Part shown: one piece after another, positions 44,039 through 55,520 of the stretch | Layout of the letters: every line of letters begins with the position of its first letter | How positions within the stretch are numbered: the stretch's first letter is position 1 | Assembly: GCA_963813715.1 (NCBI GenBank) | Contig: CAWFAK010000009.1 | Coordinates: forward strand, 512,001-576,000 | DNA from: an uncultured Planctomycetaceae bacterium | GTDB lineage: Bacteria; Planctomycetota; Planctomycetia; Planctomycetales; Planctomycetaceae | DNA: 64,000 nucleotides | Direction of reading: 5' to 3' | Translations under genes and position numbers: made by a program | The notes under the pieces: model-generated | The model's database searches: none | Seen by the model: only the letters and a program-made list of their open reading frames with translations | What the model was told of the DNA's origin: nothing

Positions 44039-45151
44039 GTGCACGATGAATCGGCGGGAGTGCCGCAGGCGGAAACGGCCGCGGTCACCGAGTCGGACCA
44101 GGAAGCGGTCGCCAGGCTCAATGAAGCCTACCGCAAGATCACCGACGAGTTGGCCAAGGTGATCGTCGGCCAGCGGAAGGTGATCGAAGAGCTGTTGATT
44201 GGCATGTTTGCTGGCGGCCACTGCTTGCTGCAGGGCGTGCCGGGGCTCGCGAAAACCTTGATGGTCCGCACGCTGGCCGACTCGCTCAACCTGTCGTTCA
44301 ACCGCATCCAGTTCACGCCCGACCTGATGCCGGCTGACATTACCGGCACGGACGTCATTCAAGACGACCGCGTGACGGGCACGCGCGAGTTCCGCTTTCT
44401 ACCGGGACCGATCTTTGCCAACGTGGTGCTGGCCGACGAGATCAATCGCACGCCCCCCAAGACGCAGGCGGCCCTGCTGGAAGCGATGCAGGAGCACCAG
44501 GTGACGGCCAGCGGCAAACGGCACAAGCTGCCCGACGCCTTCTTCGTCCTGGCGACGCAAAACCCGATCGAGCAGGAAGGCACCTATCCGCTGCCGGAGG
44601 CTCAGCTCGACCGTTTCATGTTCGAGATCCTGGTCGATTATCCCTCGGAGGACGAAGAGTTCGAGCTGGTGCGGAAAACGACGAGCGACCACACCGCGCA
44701 GATCGACAAAATTCTCTCGGCCGAAGAAGTGGCCCACCTGCAACAAGTGGTCCGCCGCATGCCCGTCGCCGACCACGTCATCCGTTATGCAATGCAGCTC
44801 ACGCGGCTGACGCGACGGCAGAATGCAGACATTCCCGATTTTGTGCGGGACTACGTTTCGTGGGGCGCCGGTCCGCGCGCGAGCCAATATCTGATTCTGG
44901 GCGCCAAGGCGCGGGCCATGCTGAAGGGGCGGGCCTTCGTCAATACCGAGGATGTCCGCGAAGTGGCTGCCCCCGTCCTGCGGCATCGCATCATCACCAA
45001 TTTCAACGCCGAGGCCGACGGGGTCTCGCCGGATACCATCGTCGGCCGCCTGACGGAGCTCGTGCCGGCCGATTCCAGCAAGGCGACCCGGGGTGGACGA
45101 CTACCGGAAGTATTTCGATCCGCAGACGCTGGCGAAGCTCGCCGGGCTTGA
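44039..45151 (+). CDS. MoxR family AAA+ ATPase
   Basis: GVPGLAKT, RIQFTPDLMPADITG, LADEINR, ATQNPIEQEGTYPLPEAQLDRF. Confidence 0.95.
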   Translation: MHDESAGVPQAETAAVTESDQEAVARLNEAYRKITDELAKVIVGQRKVIEELLIGMFAGGHCLLQGVPGLAKTLMVRTLADSLNLSFNRIQFTPDLMPADITGTDVIQDDRVTGTREFRFLPGPIFANVVLADEINRTPPKTQAALLEAMQEHQVTASGKRHKLPDAFFVLATQNPIEQEGTYPLPEAQLDRFMFEILVDYPSEDEEFELVRKTTSDHTAQIDKILSAEEVAHLQQVVRRMPVADHVIRYAMQLTRLTRRQNADIPDFVRDYVSWGAGPRASQYLILGAKARAMLKGRAFVNTEDVREVAAPVLRHRIITNFNAEADGVSPDTIVGRLTELVPADSSKATRGGRLPEVFRSADAGEARRA

Positions 45152-46001
45152 TCTCAAGGCCCGCCTGATCGTCGAGGGCTACCTCACCGGCCTGCACAAA
45201 AGCCCGTATTCCGGCTTCTCGGTCGAATTTGCCGAGCACCGCGAATACTCGCCCGGCGACGACGTGCGCTACGTCGACTGGAAAGTCTTCGGCAAGAGCG
45301 ATCGCATCTATCTCAAACGCTTCGAAGAAGAGACCAACTTCGCCTGCCACATCCTGCTCGATTCCAGCGCTTCGATGGCCTATCGCTCCCGCGGCGCGGC
45401 CGTCTCTAAGCTGGAGTATGCCGAGTACGTCGCAGCGGCTCTTGCCCACCTCGTTGTCCGGCAGCAGGACGCCGTCGGCCTGGCAACCTTCAACGACTCG
45501 GTGACCAAATTTCTGCGGCCGTCGAGCCAGGCAGCCCATCTCAAAGAGATCGTGCACGTGATGGAGCACACCGTCCCGTCGGGCGAGACGGCGCTCGGGC
45601 CGATCTTTCACGACCTGGCTGAGCGGATCCGCAAGCGCGGGCTGGTGATCATTCTGAGCGATCTCTTCGACGACCCTGCCGGACTGATGTCGGGCTTAAA
45701 GCACTTTCGCCATCGCCGCCACGACGTCAGCCTGGTGCAGATCATCGATCCGGCGGAGCAGGATTTTCCGTTCGACGAACCAACCCGCTTTCGGGGCTTG
45801 GAGCAGCTCGTCGAACAGACGGCCGAACCGCGCTCGCTGCGGCGGGCCTATCAGCGGGAATTCGAGGAGTTTCTCCGCGAAGTGCGGACGCGGTGCGGCG
45901 ACTTGCGGATTGACTACACGCTCGTTCGCACCGACCGGCCGCTCGACGTCGCCCTGCGGGCCTTCCTGACGCGGCGGATGCAGCGCGCGGGGAGAACCTG
46001 A
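45093..46001 (+). CDS. DUF58 domain protein
   Basis: GLHKSP..GFSVEFAEHREY.PGDD.RYVDWK, EEETN, LLDSSASM. Confidence 0.93.
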   Translation: MDDYRKYFDPQTLAKLAGLDLKARLIVEGYLTGLHKSPYSGFSVEFAEHREYSPGDDVRYVDWKVFGKSDRIYLKRFEEETNFACHILLDSSASMAYRSRGAAVSKLEYAEYVAAALAHLVVRQQDAVGLATFNDSVTKFLRPSSQAAHLKEIVHVMEHTVPSGETALGPIFHDLAERIRKRGLVIILSDLFDDPAGLMSGLKHFRHRRHDVSLVQIIDPAEQDFPFDEPTRFRGLEQLVEQTAEPRSLRRAYQREFEEFLREVRTRCGDLRIDYTLVRTDRPLDVALRAFLTRRMQRAGRT

Positions 46002-46002
46002 C

Positions 46003-48425
46003 GTGACCGCGCCGACCCTGCGGGCACTCTCCGCGAACGGCCTTCTGGCCTTCGGCTTTGCCAATCCGTGGCTCTTATGCGGGCTGGCGCTGGGGGCCAT
46101 CCCGATCGTCATTCACTTGCTGTCGCGACGCGCCTACCGCGAAACCAACTGGGCAGCGATGCGGTTCCTGCTCGAGGCGGCCCGCAAGAACTCGCGCCGC
46201 ATGCGACTCGAGCAGCTCATTCTGCTCGCCGTACGGACGTTGATCCTGCTGTTGGCGGCGCTCGCCTTTGCCGAGCCGCTGGTCGAAGCGGTTTCGCCTC
46301 AGGCGCGGCCGCGGACCTTGTTGCACCGCGTGATCGTGATCGACGCCTCGTTCAGCATGGGAGCGCGGACGGATGCAGGTACCCGATTCGACCGCGCGAA
46401 AAGCGTCGCGCGGCAGATCGTCGCCGACTCGCAGACCGGCGACGCGATCAGCGTGCTGAGAATCGCCAGCCACACTCCCACCGCGGTGATTCGCGAGCCC
46501 GCCTTCGATCCGGAGATCGTGCAATCCGAAATCGACCGACTGCAAGTCACCGACGAGCCGGGTGAACTGATTCCCACGCTGGCCGAGGCCAGCGAAATCC
46601 TCGCCGACCCCCGGGCGCCACAGTCGAAAGAGATCATCTTCCTCAGCGATTTTCAGCGAGTCACCTGGGGCGACGACGCCTTGGCAAAATCCGAGGTGCC
46701 GGCCCTCTTTCGCAAGCTCGGCGACAAGGCCAAGATCGTGCTGATCGGCGTCGGCGACGGGCGGACGGACAACACGGCCATCACGTCGTTGACCTCCGCC
46801 GATCCGATCGTGCTGCCCGATCGGCCGGCACGGCTACGGGCGGCGGTGCGTAATTTCGGCCCCGCGCCGCTGCCCGGCGTGCGCTGCGAGCTTTATGCCG
46901 ACAACTATTTGGTCGCGTTCAAAGCGGTCGACTTGCCGGCCCGCGAGGAAACGGTGGTCGAGTTTCCGTACGAGTTTCGCCGCTCCGGCGAACATGCGGT
47001 CGAGGTCCGGATCCCCGCCGACCGTTTGACAGCAGACAATCGCCGCTGGCTGAGCGTGCCCGTCACCGATCAAATCCGCGTGCTGGTGGTCAACGGGCAC
47101 GAGGGAGGTCGGCCGGTGGAGAATGCGTCGCATTATGTGCGAACGGTGCTCGCCCCCTCGACGGTCCGCGAAAGCTGGAGCGGGGCCACGCAGCCCAAGG
47201 TGATCAACGAGGCGGACCTCACGGCCGAGGATCTCTCGAAGTTCGATTGCGTCTTTCTCTGCAACGTGGCCCTGGTCACGCGGACGGAGGCCGATCTGCT
47301 GCAAGCCTACGCGGAGGCCGGCGGCGGAATTGTCTTCGCACTGGGCGATCGCGTGAAGCCGGCCAACTACAACGCGGTGCTCTATCGCGACGGCAAGGGC
47401 GTGCTGCCGGCGCTCCTGGAAGGCCCGGTGGGCAACGCCCGCGATCCCGTGCACGGCGGCTACCAGTTCGACGCGTCCGACCTCAGCCATCCGATCGTCG
47501 CTCCGTTTCGTGGGAATCCGGGAGCGGGGCTCGATCGCGTCGTCACGCTGGAGTACCTGCAGGCCAAGCTGGCCCCCGGATCGCCGTCGCGCGTGGCCCT
47601 CAAATTCAGCTCGGGCGATCCGGCGATCATCGAGCGGCCGGTCGGGCGCGGACGCAGCGTTTTGTTGACGACATCGGCCGACGTTTCTTGGAGCACGTGG
47701 GCCGTCCATCCGACCTTCCCGCCGATGATCCACGAGACCGTCCGCTATGCGGCCGAAGGGCGCTGGCACCAGCGGCAGCACCTGGTGGGCGAACCGCTGT
47801 CGCGGACCTCTCACCGGGCGAGAGGCGGGCGTCAAAGTCGCCATCAAGTTGCCGGACGGCTCCGAGCAAAGTCTGCGACCCGTTGGCGGCGAAAACCGGG
47901 CCGACGTGACTTTCGCCGGGACCGCGCATCCGGGCATTTATGACCTGATGCTCGAGACGCCGCCCGATGCGTCGGCGGGCTCAGCGTCGAGCACGGCTTC
48001 GTCCGAGAAATTGGCTGGCGGCGTGCGACACGAGCTGTACGCAGTCAACGTCGATCCGCGCGAGAGCGACCTCGAGATGGTCGACGAAAAAGTCCTGCGC
48101 TCGACGACCCTCGCCGGCGTGCCCTACGACCGCCGCAGCGATTGGTCGCACGAGTCCCGCGAACTTGGTGCCAGCGAGCCGGCCACGTCCGGGCATGTCG
48201 CGGTGGCTGCTCGTGGCTACGCTCGCTCTGCTCCTGGTCGAGCCCCTCTTGGCTTGGAACTTTCGACAAGGGTTCGTCGTGCTGTGTGCGCTGGCGCTCG
48301 CCGGCCTGGGCTTCGCGATCGTTCCCGGTCATCCCCGCTACGCGGCAACGTTTGCCCTGCTGCTCGGGGCGGGACTGCTGGTGGCGGCGGCCGCTCGCTG
48401 GCTGTCGCGGCGACGGCGGCTTTAA
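46003..48425 (+). CDS. BatA/vWA domain membrane protein (frameshifts near 47810 and 48190)
   Basis: IPIVIHLL.RR...WAAMRFL, vWA DASFSM and LSDFQ, AVNVDPRESDL, C-terminal TM helices. Confidence 0.88.
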
Positions 48426-48444
48426 CCGGCGCCACGCGTTTAAT

Positions 48445-49431
48445 CTAGCGCGATGCTGCGCCCGTGCGGGCCGACTCGAACAAGCCCTGCGTAAAGTCGA
48501 ACACGGGCAGTGCGCACTCGGGCGGAGCAAAGTTCTCGGCCCCCAGCAGAATCGTGTCGAGAAAAGCGGTGATCGGGTCGGAGTCGGGCTCGCCGATCGC
48601 CACGCGTTCCGACCGCCCGTCTCGGGCCAGCCACAGTTCGCCGTCGCGCAGGGTCAGGTCGGCCGCCGCGCAGTGCACGCTCAACAGCTCTTGAAAGGCC
48701 TGGCCGTGGCCGACGAAGTTCATCGTCAGTGGCACGCCGCCCGAGAGCAACGCAGACACCGTCGCGGTGATTTCGACGTGGCTGCCGCAACGGTCGCATC
48801 GGGCGAAGACGGCGCTCGGCTCGAGACCGGTGACGGAAAACACGGCGTCGATCTTGTGGCTGCCGGCGTCGCCGATGAAGCCTCCCGGATTCATCTGCGG
48901 ATCGTCCCGCCAGGTCCCGGCAATCGTCGACTGCCAGTTTTCCACATTGTGCGACAGCACCGCACGCACCGGTCCGAACTCGCTGGACCGCACGAGCCGT
49001 CGCAGCGCTCGATAAGTCGCCCACATGCGGCGCTGATAGGCGACCGACAAGAACACGCCCGTTTTTTGCGACGCTTCGATCAGCGCGACGATCTCTGCTC
49101 GCGAACGGGCCAGCGGCTTTTCGCAGAGTACCGGCACGCCACGGTTCAAGAGCGCGCTGGCTTGCTCGAAATGCAGGTGCGTCGGCGAGGCGATGACGGC
49201 CGCGTCGAACTGCCCGCCGTCGAGCAGCGCGGGGAAACTCGGAAAGACGACGGCTCGCTCCGCCGGACCAAAGCGGAGTGCTTGGGCCGCAGCCGGTTCC
49301 GGATCGAACAGGGCCGTGATGTTCGCCCGACCGTCGGCGGCCACGCGCTCGCAATGCAACCGACTGATGCGTCCGCAGCCGACCAAGGCCAACCGCAGCT
49401 GACTCCGCGAAGTGGATGTCTCCTCGCTCAC
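48445..49431 (-). CDS. Gfo/Idh/MocA family oxidoreductase
   Basis: LVGCGRI, IASPTHLH, LCEKPLA, GG..GDAGSHKID; GTGA overlap with the mazG-like stop. Confidence 0.9.
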   Translation of the reverse strand: MSEETSTSRSQLRLALVGCGRISRLHCERVAADGRANITALFDPEPAAAQALRFGPAERAVVFPSFPALLDGGQFDAAVIASPTHLHFEQASALLNRGVPVLCEKPLARSRAEIVALIEASQKTGVFLSVAYQRRMWATYRALRRLVRSSEFGPVRAVLSHNVENWQSTIAGTWRDDPQMNPGGFIGDAGSHKIDAVFSVTGLEPSAVFARCDRCGSHVEITATVSALLSGGVPLTMNFVGHGQAFQELLSVHCAAADLTLRDGELWLARDGRSERVAIGEPDSDPITAFLDTILLGAENFAPPECALPVFDFTQGLFESARTGAASR

Positions 49432-49754
49432 GGCTTTTCGCCGAGATCGCAACGGCAGACCATCTGCCCGCAACCCGGGCAGCCCCGGCCGTACTTATCC
49501 AGCACGGCTTGCTCGAGGTCGATGCCCGCGACATTGGCAATCGTCACCAGCCACGCCAGCACGTCGGCAAACTCTGCGGCCAGGTCCTCCTTCGAGCCCG
49601 ACCGCAGCGCGCCAGCCAGCTCGCCGACTTCTTCCATCAGCCACATGAACGTGCCGTCGACGCCGCGGGCAGCGTCCTTGTCGGAATACATCTCGGCAAT
49701 CAGCGTCTGAAAGCCGGCAATCGTCAGCGGCGGAGCAGTTTCCGGAGATTCCAC
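49428..49754 (-). CDS. MazG-like nucleotide pyrophosphohydrolase
   Basis: WLMEEVGELA...EFADVLAW; C-terminal CPGC..CRC. Confidence 0.88.
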   Translation of the reverse strand: MESPETAPPLTIAGFQTLIAEMYSDKDAARGVDGTFMWLMEEVGELAGALRSGSKEDLAAEFADVLAWLVTIANVAGIDLEQAVLDKYGRGCPGCGQMVCRCDLGEKP

Positions 49755-49852
49755 AGTGTTAGACCTTAGAGCCTTTGGAGCTGCCCCGACAGCAGCCCGA
49801 CGGTGAACGAAGAGTTTCTTGGTCGACTTCCTTTGAATTTCGGCGTGACGGC

Positions 49853-52842
49853 TCATTTCAATCCGTCGAGTGCGGCGCGGGCGTCGGCGTTTTTGCCGTT
49901 GCGTCCGAGGATCGCCGTCAAACGCGTGCGCGCCTCGGGGACGCGACCGCCGGCCGCGAGCGCCTTGGCGAAAGCCAGTTCCAAGTCGTCGTCCTTCGGC
50001 TTGAGATCGACCGCGGCCTCGAACTCCGGCAGCGCTTGTTTGACTTGTTTCGCACCCAGATACGCCAGTCCCAGGTCGCGGTGGATTTCCGCGTCGAGCA
50101 CGTCGACATACAGCGCCTGCTTGGCCAGGCCGATCGCGTCCGCAAATCGTTCTTGCTTAAGCGCCAGCTCGGCGAGCCGTTTGCGCGGGGCCGCGTCGTC
50201 GGGGGCCAGCTCGCACAAATGCACGAGCGCTTCGGCCAGCCGCTTCTCGTCACCCAGCAGCCCGTAGGCCGCCGCCAACCCGCGGACGAAATCGGGCTGC
50301 CAGGGGTAATATTTCGCACCCAGCTCGCACAGCTCGGCCGCTTGCTGCGGCTTGTCATCGAGGAGTCTGAGCTTGGCGAGCGTCATCAGGATCTCGCCGT
50401 GCGGGGCCGCGCGATTGAGCAGCGGCTCCAGCCGGGCGACCGCCGCACCGTACTGCTGATCGTCGGCATCCAATCGCGACAGCACGAGCGCCGCCCACGG
50501 CTGCCTGGCATCGAGGGTCAGCGCGTCTTTGGCCGTCTTCTTTGCCAGACCGGCATTCCCTTTCTCCAAAAGCGCCCAGGCGTACGCGCCGGCGATCGCG
50601 GCGTCCTTGGGATGCGCTTCGACCTGCTTCTCCAGTTCCGAAACGCTGCCGGACGGCGGCCGTTCGGCAGCGTGCAGGCCGGCCACTTTCGGTTTGAGGA
50701 AGTCGCGATAGCCGCGCTCGAACTCCGCCACATCGACGCCGAAAACTTTCTTGATCGCTGCCGGCGTCGGCAGGTTATCGTGATACGCGGCCAGCATTTT
50801 CTGCAACGAACCGGCGCCGCCGCGCTCGATCATGTATTCCGCGTAGAGGCGGCTCTGACAATAGGCGAACTGCCAATCGTCCGAATTCGACGGTCGCTCG
50901 AAGCCACGATCGAGCGTCTCCAGCGTCCGCAGTTGGCCGGGGTAGCGCCGGGCCAGGAGTTCCATCCATTGCGACGGCGGTGGATAGCCTTCGTTGAGCA
51001 CGGCCAGGGCCTCGGTGAACCAGTGCGGGATATTAAAGCCCGACTGCTGCACGGTGATCACATGCACGAATTCGTGTCGCAGCACGCGGGCCCAGTTGTA
51101 GGGCACGGAGGCCGACGTCGGGGACGCCAGCGCCACCATCACGCCCGTCGATGCGCCGATGGTTTGGATCCAGGGCAAGCCGACCATCCGCGCTGAACCA
51201 CTCATGCCCGGACCTCCCTTCGGAATTGTTGAAAACCTCGATGTGGGTCCGTTGCGGCGGCGCGTAGCCAAAACGCTCCACGAGCTGCGGATAAATCTGT
51301 TCGAGGTATTCGGCGATGTAGCCACCCAGCAGCTTGTCGAGCTTGGAATCGACGCGTATCACGAAATGCTCGGTCGAAATGGCCTGGTAACCATCGAGCA
51401 GCTTGAGCACCTTGCGGAAATTGCTCACCCGCGTGTGATACGGATCGGCCTGGAAGGCGTCATCGAGAATCTTGCGGGCCTGATCGGTGCGGCCGACACG
51501 CATCAGCAACATGCCCAGCGATGTTTTCGCCTCCGGCAATTGGGGAGCGAGGGCCATCGCCCGGCGGTAGCAAACCTCGGCCACGTCGAAGCGGCGGCGG
51601 GACTCGAGCAGCTCGCCGAGCGCGGTCAAAAAGACGCCCGGTTTGGGATCGGTTGCCGAGACTTCGGCCCAGACTTTGAGAAAGCGGGACGAGCTCGTCC
51701 GCGGTTTTCGTTTCGCTGCCGATCGGAGGTTTGGCCAGCCACGACTCGAGCGACGATCGCGAGGGAAGACCGTCGGTCAGCAGGCGCAGGCGGCCACGCG
51801 AGCGAGCACGTCTTCGTCGCGGGGATTGACGGCCAGTGCGGCATTCGCGGCGGCCAGCGCCGCCTCGATGCGTCCCGGACAAAAAATAGACGTCGGCTTT
51901 GAGCTGCAGGGCTGCGGGAAGCCGCGGGTTGATCCGCAGGGCCTCGGTCGCCTTCGCCTCGGCTTTGTCGAACTCGTTATTGTCGAGTGCGTCCTGGCCC
52001 AACAGCACGATCGCCTCGGCCGCACGGGGATTGATCGCCAGCGCCTGCTCCAACTCAGGGACGGCCTGCTCGCGGTTGTATTTCTCCAACAGGAGCGACC
52101 CGGAGATCAGATGGGCTTCCCAGGCGTTGGCATCGTTCTTGAGGGCGTCCGGGCAGAGCGTGTTGACCACGAAGTGGAAGATTTGGGTGTTGTGATTCCA
52201 GCGGGCGTACTGCACCGAGCCGCGGGCCACCACGATCAGCGTGGCCGCGTCTTCCGGCTGTCGCGAATTGTACAATCGAATGAACCAGCGGTAGCCGGCG
52301 TTGGCTTCCCGAAAGCGACCGGTCTGGGCATAAACGTCGGCGAGCACCAGCCGCGCCGTCGCGTTATCGGACGAGGCGGTGATGGCCGCCTCGGCGGTCT
52401 TCTCAGCATCGGCCAAACGGCCCCGCGCAAGCTGCAGCTCGGCCAGCCGCGCCAAGAGCTTCGGCTCCGCTGAGTTCTGTTTGCTGGCGTCGACGACGAG
52501 CTTTTCCGCCTCTTCCCAAGCCCCCACCGCCTCCCTGGCACGGCTGAGGCCGATGGCCACAGCGACCGGATCGGCCTTGGCGGCAGCCGCCTTATGAAAA
52601 ACCTCTTCGGCCTCCTCGTAACGCCCTTTCGCCAGATGCGTCTGCGCCTTGGCCAGCAACTCTTTCGGCGTATTTGCGGACGAGGCTGATAGGGGCAGCG
52701 TGACGGCGAAGATCAGCAACAAGAAGGCCGATCGAGCGATCCGCCAGTGAGCGATTCGGCAGTGAACGATCCGCGGTGAACTGGGGCTGTCGGATGGAGC
52801 CTCTCGGCACGTCGGACAGCTTGCGAGTGGACGTCGGCACAT
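49853..52842 (-). CDS. exported TPR protein with gluzincin/peptidase MA-like domain (frameshifted)
   Basis: Many TPR helices; VLRHEFVHV...PHWFTEALA zinc motif; signal peptide; start uncertain. Confidence 0.85.
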
Positions 52843-52989
52843 CGGTGGAAAGCCGGTCGTCGTGGCGCTTGGGCGATTCGACAGCGCGGGCGACGCGTTG
52901 CTCCGGGACCTGTTGCCCGCACGGGCGCGCGGACAGTTCGAGGCGGCGACGTTCGCCGCGTCTACCCTCCAGTATATGCGGCGACGCGC

Positions 52990-53031
52990 AAGAAAAAACC
53001 GCGAGTCTTTGTGGGACCCGCGGTTTTTCTT
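52990..53031 (-). terminator. rho-independent terminator (possibly bidirectional)
   Basis: Minus strand AACCGCGGGTC-CCACAAA-GACTCGCGGTT followed by a T-run. Confidence 0.8.
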
Positions 53032-53140
53032 ATCAAACCTCTCAGTGTTGGCGACGGTGGAGTCGCTTTGAGAAGGGCGCGGATCGGGTAGTGACTAGCA
53101 CTCACCCTTTTGTGATCCGGGCCCACAGTTTGGGTTTGGC
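53032..53140. ncRNA. candidate structured RNA or attenuator leader
   Basis: Three-way junction: CAAACC/GGTTTG closing stem, TCTCA..GCGAC/GTCGC..TGAGA, GGGC.CGGATC..GGGT.AGTG/CACT.ACCC..GATCCG.GCCC; abuts the terminator. Confidence 0.4.
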
Positions 53141-53412
53141 ACCTCCGTCGGAACGATGCGAGAGGCTTGTTCTCGGCCCTGCCGTGTGGCCCGCGTGGCG
53201 GCCAGTTCTGATGCAGTCTCTGTCGTGTGTCGATCGATGCCGGGCAGGGCTTCAGTTCTGTCTCTCGCCGGGCCCTCTTGCGAGTGGCCGCGGCGATCGG
53301 CTGCTTATTGATCGGCACAGGCAAGCCCGCTTCGTCGATCAAAAATCCAGAATTCGTGCGCCGAATTCGCGCGTTTTCGTCCGCTCGGGCGAGACATTCG
53401 GCGATTTGGCCG

Positions 53413-54633
53413 CTAGACCCGCGGCAACGCATCGTCTCTCTCTGACCAACGCCGCGACCAACGGCGATAAAAGTAGACCCCAATCCACGCCAGCAGCGGA
53501 AATACCCTCAAGAACTGGCCTAGCCCAGCATCGTTGGGCCGGGTAAAGGTCCAGGTCGCCGCCAGATCGTGGTCCGGCAAGTTCCAGATCCTAACCGTTC
53601 CGTCGTTTGAGCCGGCGGCCACCCGCCGACCATCGGGACTGAACTGCACCGTCTCGACCGCCGGCACGTCGAAATGGACTTCCGTCTTTTTTCGTTGCGG
53701 CAAATCCCACAGCGTAAGCCCGTCGAAGCGACCGCTTGCGAGCTGTTTCCCGTCGGGCGAAACGGCGATCGCCAGCACCAGCCGCTCGGGCAGCACGGCG
53801 ACGACCTTGCGACTTTGCAGGTCGACGATTTGGATCGTTTTATCGTTGGCGGCCACGAGCGTCTTTCCGTCAGGCAGCCAGGCGAGCGCCGTGACGTTCG
53901 GGGCCAGATCGCCGTTGTCGGGCGGCTCGGGAGCTTCGATCCGCTCCAGCAGTTTTCCAGCAGCCGAGTCCCACACTTCGAGGTCAAGCGTGCCCAATCC
54001 GCCGACGGCAAATCGCGAACCGTCGGGCGCGGGAACCAGCGTCTGCACGTTCGGGCCCACTTGCAGCCCGCGCAGCGGCGCATCGGAACCGAATTCGCCC
54101 AAATAGACGAACTGACGAAGCGCCAGCGCGTAACGATTGCCTTGCGACAGCGAGGCCAGAGTGCGGAAATGCAGGCGCTCCGATTTTGGATTCGACAGTA
54201 GCCGCCGTTGGGCCGTGTCCCAAAAAAACAACCCGCCATCGAAGCCCGCCGAGAGCAGCTGGCGACCATCGGCCGAGAATGCGACGGATTGTCCGATCAA
54301 CACTTCCGGCAGGATGTTGAAGATGCCCGGACGACCGACGCGTCCCAGAACGGTCGCCCGTTCCAGGTCGGTGACCGAGGCCAGCACGGCCGTATGAAAC
54401 AGGTCGGAAAGATACCAACGCTCGCGGAGCGCGCGAAACCGGCCGCTATAGACGCCGATCGCCAACTGTTTGCCGTTCGGAGAGAAGGCCAGCCCGCTCA
54501 CCGACTGCCACGTCGACCCGCGGTTTTGCGGCCAGAGAAGGAACGCCAGGCTGACGACCAAGCCCACCGCCATCGCCGACTGCCCGGGCGAGAGGTCCCT
54601 TAACCTATTTTTCACGGCCGCGAGGAGATCCAC
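53413..54633 (-). CDS. membrane-anchored WD40 repeat protein
   Basis: Repeated AFSPDG/VWD motifs between N- and C-terminal TM helices; start taken at GTG 54633. Confidence 0.88.
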   Translation of the reverse strand: MDLLAAVKNRLRDLSPGQSAMAVGLVVSLAFLLWPQNRGSTWQSVSGLAFSPNGKQLAIGVYSGRFRALRERWYLSDLFHTAVLASVTDLERATVLGRVGRPGIFNILPEVLIGQSVAFSADGRQLLSAGFDGGLFFWDTAQRRLLSNPKSERLHFRTLASLSQGNRYALALRQFVYLGEFGSDAPLRGLQVGPNVQTLVPAPDGSRFAVGGLGTLDLEVWDSAAGKLLERIEAPEPPDNGDLAPNVTALAWLPDGKTLVAANDKTIQIVDLQSRKVVAVLPERLVLAIAVSPDGKQLASGRFDGLTLWDLPQRKKTEVHFDVPAVETVQFSPDGRRVAAGSNDGTVRIWNLPDHDLAATWTFTRPNDAGLGQFLRVFPLLAWIGVYFYRRWSRRWSERDDALPRV

Positions 54634-54896
54634 TGCGATGCCTCGGCACGCCAGCAGGGTTTTCTTAGACTCTACCCACGGTACACTAAGGGCGCCCGCG
54701 AGGATATTTCGGGCAGCTGCCAGTGGAGCCAGCGCCAGCGGAGCCAGCCAATGGGGGCCAGCAGGAACTGACGGAGGGCTGCCGAGGCGTGCCGTGAAAC
54801 CGTCCACGGGCTGCGAGGGAGTTCCACCTCGGCTGGTGAAACCGTTCACAAAAGCGCCGCGCCGGACCGCGGTGTGATTTCGGACGCGGATCGACG

Positions 54897-55172
54897 ATGG
54901 TGAACAAGAAATCAGACGAACTGGCAGTCGGAGCCAACGTCCGCGTGAAGGCGGGCACAACGATGCCTGAATTCCCGGACGTCGCCTGCGGTGGCTGGAC
55001 AGGCAAGATCGTCGAAACGTCGGGCAAGAAGCCCAATACCAAGTACTTCGTCGAATGGGACGAAGCCACTCTGGGAAGCATGCCGGAGTCGTATCTGAAG
55101 CTCTGCGAAGCGCAGGGACTCTATCATCGCATGGCCTGCCTCGACGGCTCGGTCCTTGAACCCGCGGGCTGA
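54897..55172 (+). CDS. small hypothetical protein (SH3/KOW-like beta barrel)
   Basis: VG.NVRVKAG...GGWTGKIVE...YFVEWD; good codon bias. Confidence 0.75.
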   Translation: MVNKKSDELAVGANVRVKAGTTMPEFPDVACGGWTGKIVETSGKKPNTKYFVEWDEATLGSMPESYLKLCEAQGLYHRMACLDGSVLEPAG

Positions 55173-55520
55173 CGTCCCCGCTTGATTGCGGCGTCCGGCG
55201 TCTATTGCAATTCGTGCCGAGCGCGTTTTCTTCGGACTCGCTGCGCACCCAGATCCTGCCGCACCGACTCTTCCGGCACGTTGACCTCCATTGAGGGTAT
55301 TTCCCAGCTCTCAACGAACCGGTCATTCCAATCTTCACGAACAAATCACTTTTGCGGCGGCGCCTTTTGCGCCGTTTATCCGTGAGAACCGACGCAAGCT
55401 GCAGCAGGGCGGTCAGGAACGAGTCACCGCTGCAAGTTCACAACGCCGACAGAATAAAGAAGCCTTATATTCTCAGCGGCAAGCCATACCTTCTGGCAAA
55501 CCAGAACGTCTGAGGGATGT

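Noticed and set aside
41353..51196. Long antisense ORFs (e.g. 41353-43284, 48142-49710, 49775-51196; also 28979-31111)
   Set aside because: Shadow frames of well-supported opposite-strand genes, expected at high GC; no motifs.
53040..53230. tRNA, SAM-I, TPP, glycine or c-di-GMP riboswitch identity for the structured region
   Set aside because: Only isolated words match (GGTGCCAA, CTGAGA); required conserved cores and the tRNA T-loop are missing.
55205..55220. GGCACG-AA-TTGC on the minus strand as a sigma-54 promoter
   Set aside because: Spacer is 2 nt rather than the required 4.
54634..55344. 5' extension of the WD40 ORF to 55344
   Set aside because: Non-protein-like composition and overlaps the better-supported + strand gene 54897-55172.
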